From Octopus vulgaris (taxonomy: Eukaryota): 64,000 nt of DNA. The stretch lies in assembly GCA_951406725.2 (NCBI GenBank), contig OX597815.1:188666001-188730000 (forward strand). The letters run 5' to 3'. This document shows, in pieces, positions 13,020 to 26,436 of the stretch. Each line of letters opens with the position of its first letter. Position 1 is the stretch's first letter. The notes beneath the pieces are model-generated. The model was not told where the DNA came from and did no database searches. It worked only from the letters and a program-made list of their open reading frames with translations. The translations under genes and the position numbers were made by a program.

Positions 13020-13750
13020 ATACACACACGTTTGTGCTTGTGTGTCTTTTTTCCAATTAGATTAGTAAACATGAACCCACCACCAAAAAACCATTGGACC
13101 GATATTTTCAAAATAAAATACTTTTTTTTTATTCTGCCTGAGTTACAGAACAGATCTCTGTCACTCTTGGCAACAAAATTCTTCAATGTACTCACGATCG
13201 GTTGAATCTAAAACTAAATATACATAGATTCTAGTTGTACAAAATATCTCACAAGAAATTACCTTTTCACTAAGCCCAAATGACCATTAAAAGATTTGTA
13301 AGAGCATAAAAAGAGAATCGAATATTCTTCAAAAAGAAAGAGTATCAACTGAGTGGTTTTTATACTGATCTTCCTTCCTCATGGCATTCTATATTCTTAA
13401 TTGTTCTTATTCTGTAAACACTAGAGAAAAACACAAAATTTGAAATGGGTTTTCATTAAAACTTATGTCTGATTTTCCAGACATTTGCTTATTTAATCTT
13501 GGGAGTAGTAGTAATTCTTAGTTGTATTCCCTTCAGATAATGAATTGCTGTATCATAAATTAAAACTGATATCCATTACTTATTTATATAGAATGAGATA
13601 AATTGAGTTATATTTCTGCTCAGTAATGTGACTAAAATTAATCTAATTCATTTTTCATTCCCAAGTCGAATCAGATTCTTTAGTCAAGGCAAAAAAAAAG
13701 GAAAACCGAAAAAAACAACCAAAACAAATCCAACAAATAAAGCCACTAGT

Positions 13751-13756
13751 TTTATT
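13751..13756 (-). promoter_or_regulatory. Candidate polyadenylation signal
   Basis: AATAAA on the minus strand followed ~15 nt later by a GT/T-rich element (ttgttggatttgttttggttgtttttt). Confidence 0.4.
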
Positions 13757-13948
13757 GCATTAAAAAACAAATATTGTTATTTAATAATATTTATCCAGTA
13801 TTATAAAATATCAAATCTCTTATGAATATCAATAAAATACCATTTTTGTTTATTTTTGTTTTTTTTTTTTTTTTGGCTTGTTTCTTTACATAAGCTTTGT
13901 AATCTCCATAGACATCAAGTCTTCTTGATGACAGTCTTCTGGTCCCTA

Positions 13949-13973
13949 TCAAATGAAGTGTATTACATTATAT
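13949..13973 (-). CDS. Candidate terminal coding exon (phase 2; ..YNVIHFI*) of an unidentified host gene
   Basis: Strong acceptor (long T tract + atcag), TGA TAG double stop, downstream poly(A) signal. Confidence 0.35.
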
Positions 13974-14334
13974 CTGATAAAAAAAAAACAAAAAAAAAAC
14001 AGTCGAGATAAAAGCCTACAGCTCAGCATTAAACAAATATTTTTATTAATGTAGTAACAGATCTAACACCACTGTAGTTGCTATTTCTTGAAATTCTAAA
14101 TTTATCCCAGTAGGTAATCTCTCTTTCAAATAAAACACTTCTAAAAATCAAATCTCAATAGATATTTCCTGACATGAACAGTACTTGTACACTCTATTAA
14201 TCTTTGCTTTTTTCCCTTGTGACTATTGTCTGAAACAAGACTATCTATTAGAAATCAACCAAACAGAGGTCTCTGTTTCTCGTTCTCTCTCTCTCTCTCT
14301 TCTTTCCTAATCTTTTTCCTGTTACATGCAAAGT

Positions 14335-14402
14335 TTATATATACACACATATAAATATACATACATATATATATATATGTATGTATGTATGTATGTACTT
14401 AT

Positions 14403-14445
<43 letters not shown>

Positions 14446-14750
14446 CATACAAATATATATATACATATATATATGTATACATATATATATCGATATATAT
14501 GTATATATATATATATATATATACATACATACATATATATTTGTGTACCTATACTTAATGAACGTTAAATGATGATGATGACATATATTTAACACACAAA
14601 CACACACATATGTATGTGTGTGTATTTACACGCACACAAACACGCACACACACACACACACACGCATGCACACACACACGCATGCACACAAACACGCACG
14701 CACACACATACACACGCATAGTCATATATGTATATTACATATGCATATAT
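14335..14750. repeat. Compound TA/CA/TATG microsatellites
   Basis: Direct inspection. Confidence 0.9.
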
Positions 14751-16322
14751 TTGTATTCTCTTTTCCTTCTTTGTTACAACATAAAAAAAAGTTAAAGAAA
14801 TAAAAACAATAATTTGTAGACTATTGGAGACTAACACTGGCAAGTAAACACAATTTCGATAGTTAAGCTAATAATAATCATCAATCTCTAGGGTATATTA
14901 AGAAGAAAGCTGAAATATTAATATCAAAGAGAAAAATTCAAGTATTAACTGAAGACAAAGTTCATCGCATGGCAGACAGAAGCCATCTTCTTAAAAAATA
15001 AATCTGTCTCAGCAGATAAGAAAAGCAAAAAAAAAAAAATACACACAGCTTAATTATAGGAAAACATTGTTCTCTGTATTTTATCACAGATAAAAATGCT
15101 GTTTTTAAGATCATCAATAGAGTAGTTTTACTAAACATGATTTTAATATAAAGAAAACAGTGTATAAATTAGCTAATAGAAACAGAATATTTTATAAGAA
15201 CCGCCATTGATTTAATATTTTTTTAACTTAATCAATAAATAATTTAGCTAAATCTATCGCATCTCGATTGAATTTACAAAATATTGAGGTATACTGTCCA
15301 TAAACACCATTGAATATATTTTTCATTACATTTTTTTTTATTGGTTATTGTTTGTAGATGATCATATGTAAAGATATAAAAAAAACAAATAAAGAAATAT
15401 TTTTGCCTTATTTTGACAAGATATCAAGGAAAAGGATATGTATGAATGACATCAATAAAATTTCCATATTTTTTAAACATTAAATATTAATTTTCTTTTT
15501 GACTAAGAATATATATAAGGTTTCATATTTAAGTTTTTCAGGTAAGAATTAGATTTATTATAAATAAGTATTTTTTGAAAAACTTTGCATTGAATTGGAT
15601 GTTATAATTCTTTACATTATGCAAATTTCTGCTGCTTTGCATATACCTTTAATTTGCAAAAAACTATATAAGTTTGGCAAACTTCGATGTTTTTGAAGTT
15701 CTTTATTTTGACCATTATAAAGATGAAGCACCACTTTTATAAATATGCATAAAAGCAAACTTCTTAACTAGTCTATTCCTGCCTCTTTTTCTCTCTCTTT
15801 TGCCTTTTTCTCTTTCTTCCCCCATCTCTTTACCAACTCACTTCTCTGTTACTTTCTGTCTCTCAGCCCTCCACCACTCTTTCTCTCTCCTACCACATGA
15901 GCCGTGACCATTCCTCTCTCTCTCTTTCATTTCCTTTTACACCTGACCGCTGACTTGTTCAGTCACATTTCTTATGCTTCATTCTCTACTTTAAATATGG
16001 TTTGTTTTTTCTACCATTCATTTTTCTTACCTTTTATTCTGTTTTATTCTCCTTTCCGTTTCCACTCTTATAGAACGTTTTCCTTTTTGCATAACCCGAA
16101 TATTCATTTCATCATAGAGTCACATGGCCTTACTATGTTTGTATATTGTATTTTTATTTTATTTTGTTTGTATTTTTACATTTGTGTTGTGTTTGTTTAC
16201 ATTACTGTCCCCAACATTCATTCCCTATTCCCAACTGCTTCTCTCTGTTGATTCCACCAGAAGTGAACAATAGTGAATACACACACACACACACATGTAT
16301 ATGATGTGCTTCTTTCAGTTTC

Positions 16323-16735
16323 CTATTTCTTTATTGCCCACAAGGGGCTAAACATAGAGGGGACAAACAAGGACAGACAGAGGGATTAAGTCGATTATAT
16401 CAACCCCAGTGCATAACTGGCACTTAATTTATCAACCCTGAAAGGATGAAGAGCAAAGTTGACCATGGCAGAATTTGAACTCAGAACATAACGGCAGATG
16501 AAATAACTATTTCTTTACTACCCACAAGGTGCTAAACACAGAGAGGACAAACAAGGACAGACAAAGGGATTAAGTCGATTATATCGACCCCAGTGCATAA
16601 CTGGCACTTAATTTATCAACCCCTGAAAGGATGAAAGGCAAAGTCAACCTCGGCGGAATTTGAACTCAGAACGTAATGGCAGACGAAATACAGCTAAGCA
16701 TTTCACCCGGCATGCTAACATTTCTACCAGCTTGA
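16323..16735 (-). mobile_element. SINE family B dimer (one full unit plus one headless 184-bp unit) inserted into a family A SINE
   Basis: Period 184 (16323/16507); TSD gcttctttcagttt on both sides. Confidence 0.85.
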
Positions 16736-16907
16736 GCTTCTTTCAGTTTTCATCAACAAAATCCACTCACAAAGCTTTGGTCGCCCTACAGCTATAGTAG
16801 GAAAAACATGGTGACGAACAGTGGGAATGAAACCAGAACCATGGAACCATGAGGTTAGGAGGCAGATTTCTCACCACACCACCACACCTTTGTGTATATA
16901 TGTATAT

Positions 16908-17202
16908 ATGACCTAGTGGTTGGGGTATTGAACTCATGACCATGAGATCCTGATTTTGATTCGCAGGCCACCGGGAGGTGTATTGTGTTCTTTTGCAAAG
17001 CATTCTATTTCACATGGCCCTTTGATCATTTCAATGTCTGACGTATGACACACCTGTGCACCTGTACACGTAACGTCAATTTGCTGGAGGGAGTGAGCTT
17101 ACATGCAGCACAAACATTTGTTCACATTCAACAAATCATTTGTGTGGTAGTTTGGCAAGAAACTGCAGAACGCTCATCCATCATTTAAGGATGGGAGAGT
17201 GC

Positions 17203-17205
<3 letters not shown>
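16908..17205 (+). mobile_element. Old tRNA-derived SINE; a related copy lies at ~22211-22520
   Basis: tgacctagtggttgggg A box, tgtgttcttttgcaaagca CORE-like segment. Confidence 0.55.
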
Positions 17206-17260
<55 letters not shown>

Positions 17261-17502
17261 TAGTGATGAAATAAAAATAATCATAATAACAATAATAAAA
17301 ATAATGATAATAATAATGATAATAATAATAATAATAATAATAATGATAATAATGCTGATGATGGTAATACTACTACAACTAATAATAATAATGATAATAA
17401 AAGTAAAAAAATAATGATAATAATGGAATAATAATGATAATGATAATAATAATAGTAATAATAATGCTGATGATGGTAATAATAATAACAATAATAATAA
17501 TG

Positions 17503-17535
<33 letters not shown>

Positions 17536-17564
17536 GCAAGATATATATATATATATATATATAT
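17204..17564. repeat. Degenerate (AAT)n then (TA)n
   Basis: Direct inspection. Confidence 0.95.
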
Positions 17565-17790
17565 CAGTACCGGCTCTTCATTTCTAACTATATCTTTCTT
17601 TGTGCTTCTTCATTAAGCACATATTGTCATTTAAAAATGCTACATTTATTCAATAAAAGCATACCTGGGTTTACCTTCTTGTAACCGACGTGTACACACT
17701 GGTTACAGGTCTCCATGTTTCATATGTTGAATTACTGCAGTGTAATTAAGTAATCATACAAAATATTTTGCATTTCAAGACACAACGTAC

Positions 17791-17878
17791 GCAAAATTCA
17801 TGACTCTCGACCGTCCCCATCTCTTCCTTTCTGCTCCCAATTCTCTATATTGCTTTCTTTCTCTGATAATTTCCTCTC
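17791..17878 (-). CDS. Candidate internal exon (EEIIRERKQYRELGAERKRWGRSRVMNF) of an unidentified gene
   Basis: tttttttag acceptor, GC|gtacgt donor, 88 nt, phase 1 to phase 2, in phase with the candidate exon at 13973. Confidence 0.35.
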
Positions 17879-18251
17879 CTAAAAAAATTATTTTTCTCAA
17901 ATAATGGCATCATTTCAAATCTCTGCTTCAGCTCTTTTACGAAGCATTATCGTAAATTCAAGAAGATCTGCCCTTATATATTTTTCTAAGATGCCAAGTA
18001 ATTATGTCTTTTGTGGATCAATTTTATATCGTCTTTTATCTTTTACTTGCTTCTGTCATTAGAGTGTGGCCATGCTAGTGCAACGCTTTGAAGAATTCTA
18101 AGTCAAATGAATCAACCCCTGTACTTGATTTTAAAGCCTGTTATTTATTTTATAAAGTCTTTTTTGCTGAACCAAATAATAGATAATGGGGACATAAACA
18201 CTCCAACAGCAACTGACAAGCAGTGGTAGAGGACAAACACACACACGTAGG

Positions 18252-18299
<48 letters not shown>

Positions 18300-18477
18300 T
18301 TTGATTTTGATTTTGATTTTTCCAGTTTCAGCTAATGAGCTGTGGCCATGCTGGGGCACCATATTTTTTTTTTTTTTTTTTTTCAAGAACCAAAACATGT
18401 AAAATTCATAAGAAAATAAAAATTTATCTAATATAGTGGCATTTTCAAACTTCTTTTTTACAAATATATATATATAT

Positions 18478-18675
18478 ACCATTATTGATCGCTAGCCACT
18501 AAATCTTTTATTTTCTCCCTGTGTTTATTGCTGTGTTCCTTTCTATTGAAGAGCGTAGGCTCAAAAAGTAAAAGACTTTCTCACTTTCTGAGCATTGAAC
18601 TAATACATCTGTTTGTTGATTACACATCCGTTTTCATCTTTTGTTTTGCTTGTTTTTTTTTTGTAAATTCCAACT
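18478..18675 (+). mobile_element. PLE family 3 terminus with decayed hammerhead
   Basis: Homologous to the reverse complement of 42383-42578; cttt-CTATTGA-a-gagc-gtag-gctc-AAAAAGTA-aaag; 3' end abuts (TA)n. Confidence 0.7.
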
Positions 18676-18707
18676 ATATATATATATATGTGTATATATA
18701 TATATAT

Positions 18708-18892
18708 AGTTAATCCAAACATGAACAAAGAGAAAATGCAACAATGCGAATATGTGGAACAAGTATGCTCAGGGAAGGAAAGAGAGAAGGAGGATTTAAG
18801 GTTTCGAGCAGAGCTCTTCATCAGAAACATAGAAAAAGGAAAGGTCCAAGGAAGGGAAGACAAAATCGCCAACGATACACACACAGTCACAT
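18708..18892 (-). mobile_element. PLE family 4 terminus with hammerhead (18794-18828)
   Basis: Minus strand gttt-CTGATGA-a-gagc-tct-gctc-GAAA-cc-TT-aaat; 3' end abuts (TA)n. Confidence 0.75.
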
Positions 18893-18894
18893 AT

Positions 18895-18951
<57 letters not shown>

Positions 18952-19658
18952 CATATGTATACATATATATATGGCTTTGGTCAGCCCAAGGCTATTGTAA
19001 AAGACACATGCCCGAGGTGCCATGCTGTGGACTGAACCCAGAACTGTATAGTTGAGAAACAAACTTTTTACCACACAGCCACACCTGCTCCTTTCTTTAA
19101 AAATAATTTGCTATTAAATAATGGCATCCTTTCAAATTTCTGCTTAAACTTTTTTTTACCACAGCATTATCACGAATTCATGACGATATGCTTTTACATT
19201 TCTCTAAAATACTCGGTAATTACGGCTTTTGTGGATCAATTTTATATTAGCGGAAAAAAGGTAAAAAACAACATCCACATGATCCATAATGTTGCGTCAT
19301 TTCCATCACGTTACAGCCTTGCAAACTCTTATTTTCATATCTTCATTTGTCATGAATTTATGGCATATTGCTTTCCCGTAGTATCACCAGTTAGATAATG
19401 GATCTTTTTTGCAGAGTCAAATTGTCATGATTTATAATTCATAAAGTCTGGGAACTGCTGGTTATTTGCTATAAGATTAGTTTGGTTTATAACTGCAAAG
19501 CTTGAGATCCTTTATCAAATTTGCATATAGTTTGTTACCAAATTATTTGTATGGAATAATCAACTTCAAAAGAGCTTGTGCTTCATTTTGTCATGTGGCA
19601 TCTAACTTAATCTGTTTGTGAGAAATGTGAAAATTGTTTGTATAAGCATGTACATATA

Positions 19659-20002
19659 TCATCATCATCATCATCATAATCGTTTTCCATGCTAGCATGG
19701 ATTGGACAGTTCGACCTGGGTCTGGGAAGCCAGGAGGCTGCACCAGGCCTCAATCTGATCTGGCAGATCCGTTACTACAGCTGGATGCCCTTCCTAACGC
19801 CAACCATTCTGTGAGTGTAGCGAGTGTTCTTTACGTGCCACCAGCACAGGGGCCAGTGGAGGCTTGCAAACGGCCACGATCGGTTGGTGCTTTTACGTGT
19901 CACCGACACGGATGCCAGTCAGGTGGTGCTGGCATCTACCACTTTTGGACGGTGCTTTTTATGTGTCACCAGCACGAGTATCTTAACTACAATTTCCATT
20001 TG
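19659..20002 (-). mobile_element. RTE 3' UTR fragment
   Basis: (CAT)n + ttccatgctagcatgg...ggatgcccttcctaacgccaacc...gtgcttttacgtgtcacc. Confidence 0.8.
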
Positions 20003-20197
20003 ATTTATATATGTATATATATGTGTGGGTGTATGCATATGCATGTATATGTGCACATATGTATACATGTGTGTATATATATATATATATATAGATATTA
20101 TTTATACATGTTTATGTATGTTTATATATATATATATATACATATATAAATATTTATATGTGTATATCTATATATTTATATGTATATATATATATGT

Positions 20198-20362
20198 AGG
20201 TGTAAGAGTGGCTGTGCGGTAAGTAGCTTGCTTATGAACCACATGGTTCCGGGTTCAGTCCCACTGCATGTCACCTTGGGCAAGTGTCTTCTACTATAGC
20301 CTCAGGCCAACCAAAGCCTTGTGAGTGGATATGGTAGACGGAAACACTGAAAGAAGCCTGTC

Positions 20363-20403
<41 letters not shown>

Positions 20404-20628
20404 CGTGTGTGTGCATCTGTTTTTGTGTTTGTGTTTGTCCCCTCAACATTGCTTGACAACTGATGCTGGTGTGTTTATGTCACTGTAACTTAGCAGTTTG
20501 GCAAAAGAGGCCGATAGAATAAGTACTAGGCTTACAAAGAATAAATCCTGGGGTCGATTTGCTCGACTAAAGGCAGTGCTCCAGCATGGCCACAGTCAAA
20601 TGACTGAAACAAGTAAAAGAGTAAAAGA
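20198..20628 (+). mobile_element. Full-length tRNA-derived CORE-like SINE (family A; OR-type by inference)
   Basis: A box tggctgtgcggtaag, B box gggttcagtcccac, CORE-like caccttgggcaagtgtctt, internal microsatellite, tail gaaacaagtaaaagagtaaaaga. Confidence 0.88.
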
Positions 20629-20914
20629 ATCATTACTGTTGTTCCCATTGGAACACAAGGTAAAATCTATAATGAACTCCTCGCCTTTTCAAGAACATGG
20701 ATTTTTTATATTTGACTCTATTGAATGTATGTCACAATTATGAACTGTTCCATCATACTCTTTAAGCATATAGCATGGACTCTCTTTATTATATAAAAAT
20801 ATTTTTTTGATAAGGTTTGTTATTTCAAGAACTGAAACATGTAAAATTAAAATTTATCTAATATAGCGGCATTTTGAAACTTCATTTTTTACAAAATATA
20901 TATATATATATATG

Positions 20915-21757
20915 CAAGGTGGGGGGGAGTAACTAGGCATTATAAATTGCTTATAGAATTTTTAGTATCATTGAAGTCACGATGAAAACATTTTTTAAAC
21001 GGGGATTTTAAATGGGGATTTTTATTGCCTTATTTGTTTATTTTTTATTTTCCAGATGGCTGGTTGCTTGACTCTTCAGGAGGGAGCTAAGTTAGCAGCA
21101 CACTATGAAGTGTGGAATTCCATTGTTTTGGTTCAGAGATGGTGGCGTGCATGGAAAGATAAGCATGCAACACTACATCCAGCAACAATAAAAAGTTGTC
21201 GTGCAAAGCTGATGACTACAGCAGAGAATATGACAATAGTGCAGGAAATGCTTAATCGAAGCTCACAAAAGTCAACATGGCAGGCAGCTTGTGAAAGACA
21301 CAAAATGCATGGTGTTGCATAAAGAATTGAATTTTCCTCCGTGGAAACCCCATTACATGCAGGAACTAAAATCTGAAGATTGTGACCATAGAAGTCCAGA
21401 AGCCCAGAAGCCCAGAACTCCAAGAAGTCCAGATCTCACTCCATAAGATTTATACCTGTCGGGTTACACAAAAGAGGAAGTGTATGAGACAAAACCTCAT
21501 ACACCGGAAGACTTGGAGACATGGATTCAGGTGGTTCTCCGTGATATCCCAGACAACGTCTTTCAGAGGGTTGTTCATTCCATCCCTGGCCGTTTGAGGA
21601 AATGGTTGACACCACTGGTGCTTATGTTGAAATATGAAGATTTACTTTCATTTTCCCTTGTAAGAAAGAACATGTATCATTTGTTTCAATAAATTTGTAA
21701 AAGGAATATGGATTTTATTACCAATTTTTGATGCCTAGTTACTTTTCACCCACCCTC
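20915..21757 (+). mobile_element. Internally deleted rosa/maT-like mariner element
   Basis: Imperfect TIRs containing agtaactaggcat; N-terminus YEVWNSIVLVQRWWR and C-terminus RSPDLTP*D...VYETKPHTPEDLETWI; most of the catalytic core missing. Confidence 0.82.
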
Positions 21758-21970
21758 TGTGTGTGTGTGTGTATATAAATATATATATATATATACATAT
21801 ATAAAATTATAATTAAGGGTATCTAAGAGATACCACCACATTAGAGATAGCAGTCAAAACTTGATTCTAAAATGACTTAATTATAATTTTAATAATAATT
21901 ATTACCTATGAGGTTATTATTCTCATGCTGGCCACTTGATATGATTGGTATTTTAAATAACGATCTTATC

Positions 21971-22142
<172 letters not shown>

Positions 22143-22769
22143 TGCTAGCATGGAAAACGGACGCTAAACGATGATGATGATGATGATGATGATGATATAT
22201 ATATTATATTTGTGAAGGCATGTGGCCAGGTGATTGGGATGCTGCACTCACAAGATTATGGTTTCAATTCCTGGAGAAGGTGGTGCATTGCATTCTTGAG
22301 CAAAGCACTTCATTTCACATTGCTCAGCAATCACTTCAAAATCTGGACATATGGCCCACCGCGGACCTGTTCAGTTAATATCCATCTCATCACGAGAGTG
22401 AGTGCATGTGCAGCACAGCACAGACATCTGATCCCTATTAAACAAAGCATCTAAGCAGAGTGTTCAGCAAGAAGTTGTGGAAACCTCATCTATCATTTAT
22501 AACAGAAGAGCCCACCATTACACACATACACACACACACACACACACGCACACACACACACACACACCTTTTTATTGTTGTGGTTCTTGTTTACAACTGT
22601 CCAGCAAATGGAAACATGAAAATAAGAGTAACAGTATTTTGTGATGCTTTTGCAGTTTTAATAAAAAAAACCCATAATACTCTACCTTTCATACTTGAGT
22701 ACTAATCTTTCCATCTTGTTTTGCATTAATGTGCTTACTCATGAGTATGCATATACACCCACCCACCCA

Positions 22770-22792
22770 CCCACCCCCACACACACACACAT

Positions 22793-22837
<45 letters not shown>

Positions 22838-22880
22838 TATATACATATATACACACTAACACACACATATATATATATAC

Positions 22881-22958
<78 letters not shown>

Positions 22959-23095
22959 TAGTTTTGTTTTTTCGTACACTTTCCCTATATATATATATAT
23001 ACATATATATATATTCATACATATACATATGCATGTGTGTGTTTGTGTGTGAATGTATGTATGTAAGCTTATATGAATGTTTGTATACAAATACT

Positions 23096-23155
<60 letters not shown>
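22770..23155. repeat. Compound CA/TA/TG microsatellites
   Basis: Direct inspection. Confidence 0.9.
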
Positions 23156-23157
<2 letters not shown>

Positions 23158-23767
23158 CCTATGTGAATGTCTGTATTTCTCGTATGATAACTTTAGGTCA
23201 AGTGAAGCGTAGTGAACGGAGTCAGGTCTAAAGACACTGAGTGGTGGTGGTGGGGGCGCTCATCAGTTGGGGTTTTTACATGTAATTAATTAAAGAAAAA
23301 GTTCAGCTCTGTTGCATATTGTGTCATGCTGATTTGTCTGAGAATTACGTTGCAGATACTTCAGTTGATCAAACAACTAAATTGTTCTTCATAAGAAGAA
23401 GAAAAAAAAATCAATGGACGATTCATCATCATTATCAATCTCATCATCATCATCACTGTCATCATTCTATTTGTCACCATTACCACCACCACCACCACCA
23501 CCGCCACCACCGCCGCCCCCGCCGCTGCTGCCATCATCATCACCTTTTTCTTCTTCTTCTTCTTTTCACTGGAATTTAGACTTTATCAACCAGAGGGTTA
23601 TGTATTTGTTTGTATGTGTGCATATATGCATGTATATAAATAAGTACATATAAACAAGCACAAATGTATGCAAGAATAGCTTATGCACCGCATGTCACTG
23701 TTATATAACTGCTACTGGATAGTCATTCATGTACATAGGTCTGTCTGTCTTTATATATATATATATG

Positions 23768-23990
23768 TAAAATAAGAAAATGGAGGAATAGATTCCTTTC
23801 AATCATCAACTTACAGATAATACCAATTCATATAATTTATTAACTAATCCAACAGAATAAAACAGAATAAAACAATATACATCAATAAGTAAGATAATAC
23901 CATAAGAATAATACACATAAAATAGATCTTACAGCTGTTTCAGCCTGTAGATAAGGGTATCTCATTATGCCTATATTAGTCAGATGTAAT
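23768..23990 (-). mobile_element. Probable PLE terminus with the 3' half of a hammerhead
   Basis: Minus strand ggct-GAAA-cagctg-TA-agatct (23924-23945) with palindromic stem III; no clean CUGANGA seen; abuts (TA)n. Confidence 0.45.
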
Positions 23991-24095
23991 GAGGTAATAT
24001 GCAGTTATATACACAAACACACACACACATGTATATATATATATACATAAATAAATAAATAAATATATATATATGTGTATGTATATATATGTATA

Positions 24096-24175
<80 letters not shown>

Positions 24176-24176
<1 letters not shown>

Positions 24177-24343
24177 TGTTGTGTCTAGGGAGAGTAATTT
24201 TTTTGTGTCTTATAATGTAACACACTCACTGGTAAAATTCCTACTTATTTCTTATTTTCATTTTCTTAAAATTTTCGTTGCGTTTTGCAACCTTTTCAAT
24301 AGTCTTGACTATTGAAAAGGTTGCAAGACGCAACGAAAATTTT
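24176..24343. mobile_element. PLE family 2 inverted termini with back-to-back variant hammerheads
   Basis: 37-bp arms 24268-24304 / 24307-24343 with one mismatch; TTGAAAA-g-gttgc-aagac-gcaac-GAAA-AT-TT. Confidence 0.8.
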
Positions 24344-24850
24344 GTATGTATGTATATGTGTATGTATGCATGTATGTGTATGCATGTCTGCTAGTGAGGA
24401 TAATGCCGCTGCATCACTTACATATATTATTACTATCCTTTCTACAGAGTATATTGTACAATGTATTGTCCATGATATTATGCCCCAGATGTACTCTAGC
24501 ATGGCCAAAGTCAAATACTTGTATGGATGTATGTTTATATTCCTTCACTGTTTCTTATTATGCACAAATATCAAAAGAGGGAGCTGGCGGAATTGTTACT
24601 GCTGTGGGATAAAATGCTTAATGGCATGTCTTCGCTTTTATATTCTGTTGGTGCCAATGAAATAAGAACTGGTTGAACCCTGGAGTTGATGTAATCAGCT
24701 TTTTCCCTCCCACGAAATTGCTGACCTTATGCCAAAATTTGAAGCCAATATTTATAAGTCTTATACCTAGATGGTCGAAGCTGGACTTTAACAAAGCAAC
24801 AAAATCTTGACACTTCATTTAATAACAGCAATAATTCTTACATATTGGCT

Positions 24851-24937
24851 TTAACCCTTCTGTTACCATATTTCTGTTGAGATGCTTGGTGTTTTTTTTT
24901 CAATTGGTTTTAAATATAACAAAGAATTTAGTAAAAT
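24851..24937 (-). mobile_element. Partial TTAA-CCCT MITE monomer
   Basis: ttaacccttctgttaccatatttctgttgagatgc matches the end of monomer A of the dimeric MITE. Confidence 0.75.
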
Positions 24938-24975
24938 ACATACATGCATACATAAACACATATATATATATACAT

Positions 24976-25059
<84 letters not shown>

Positions 25060-25062
25060 TAT

Positions 25063-25093
<31 letters not shown>

Positions 25094-25181
25094 TATATAT
25101 ATATATACATATATTTATATATATATAAATATATAAATCCGTGGGGTGATTATAATCAAAATAAGCAACATTATTTTGAAT

Positions 25182-25218
<37 letters not shown>

Positions 25219-25262
25219 AATGAATATCATAGGCTGGAACTGGAATCAATCAATCAATCAAT

Positions 25263-25304
<42 letters not shown>

Positions 25305-25446
25305 AATAAGTAACAGGAATGACTCCGCATTCTTGTTGCTTATTTTGATTATAATCACCCCACGGATTTTTATGGTTAACAACATACAAAATTCTGGTGC
25401 ATCTAAATTAAGTACCATATTCATTTGAATCTAAATTTTTGCTGAA

Positions 25447-25486
<40 letters not shown>

Positions 25487-25505
25487 CATGGAAAGCAGAC
25501 GTTAA

Positions 25506-25577
<72 letters not shown>

Positions 25578-26436
25578 CACATATATGTATGCATGTATTT
25601 TATTCTTTTATTCTTTTAATGGTTTCAGTCACTGAACCTGCAGCCAAGCTGGGGCACCACTTTGTTTTTTTGTTTGTTTTTTAGTTTTGTTGTTGCTTTA
25701 TGATTAGAAGTTGGCCGATGATCAGGCTTGTAGTTGTACGTATGTACATATGCACGCATGCATGTATGTATGTATGTAGAAACATACGTATACAAGTATG
25801 TAAAGATGGATAAACGGATGGATGAACAGATGAAAGTATACATGTAAGCTGACATGAATATATGTTAGACGAATAAAATAATTAGCTCATTGTTGATTTT
25901 ACAATCATAACAAAACTGTATGGTTTGATGTTTTATCATTGTGTTATTATGTGGGATTTTAATGTCTGTTTTTTCTGTAATAATTGTTCCATTTTAAAGG
26001 CATTGTTAAGTGTTGTCTAAACTTCTGTATGATTACACTAACATTAACAAGTTTCCAGCTATTATTATCATAATTGAAACCAGCATCTGGGTACAGAAGT
26101 TTGTATGAAACATGTTTAGTTAGTTGTTATCGTTCGTACTTGCTTTTGGTGTCATTAATTTTTTTTTTCCCCCTAATTAGTTAGTATAATAATTCTTAGA
26201 TGTAAATTTTTCCTTCTTTGAATTAGTGTAAATAATATAGCAATATATTTTCGGGATGGTGTTGATAGCTTTTGTCCAGGCTATTCAAAATTACCTGAAT
26301 ATCTTTATCATTTTATTTTGTCAGTGTCTAAAGCTCTTTTAAACTAATGTAATATAGAAGGTATCGTTTATTAGAGCGTCATTTTCGACTTAATTACGAA
26401 GATGTCAGGTGTGCTCCTCCTCCTCCTAAAATTCAA

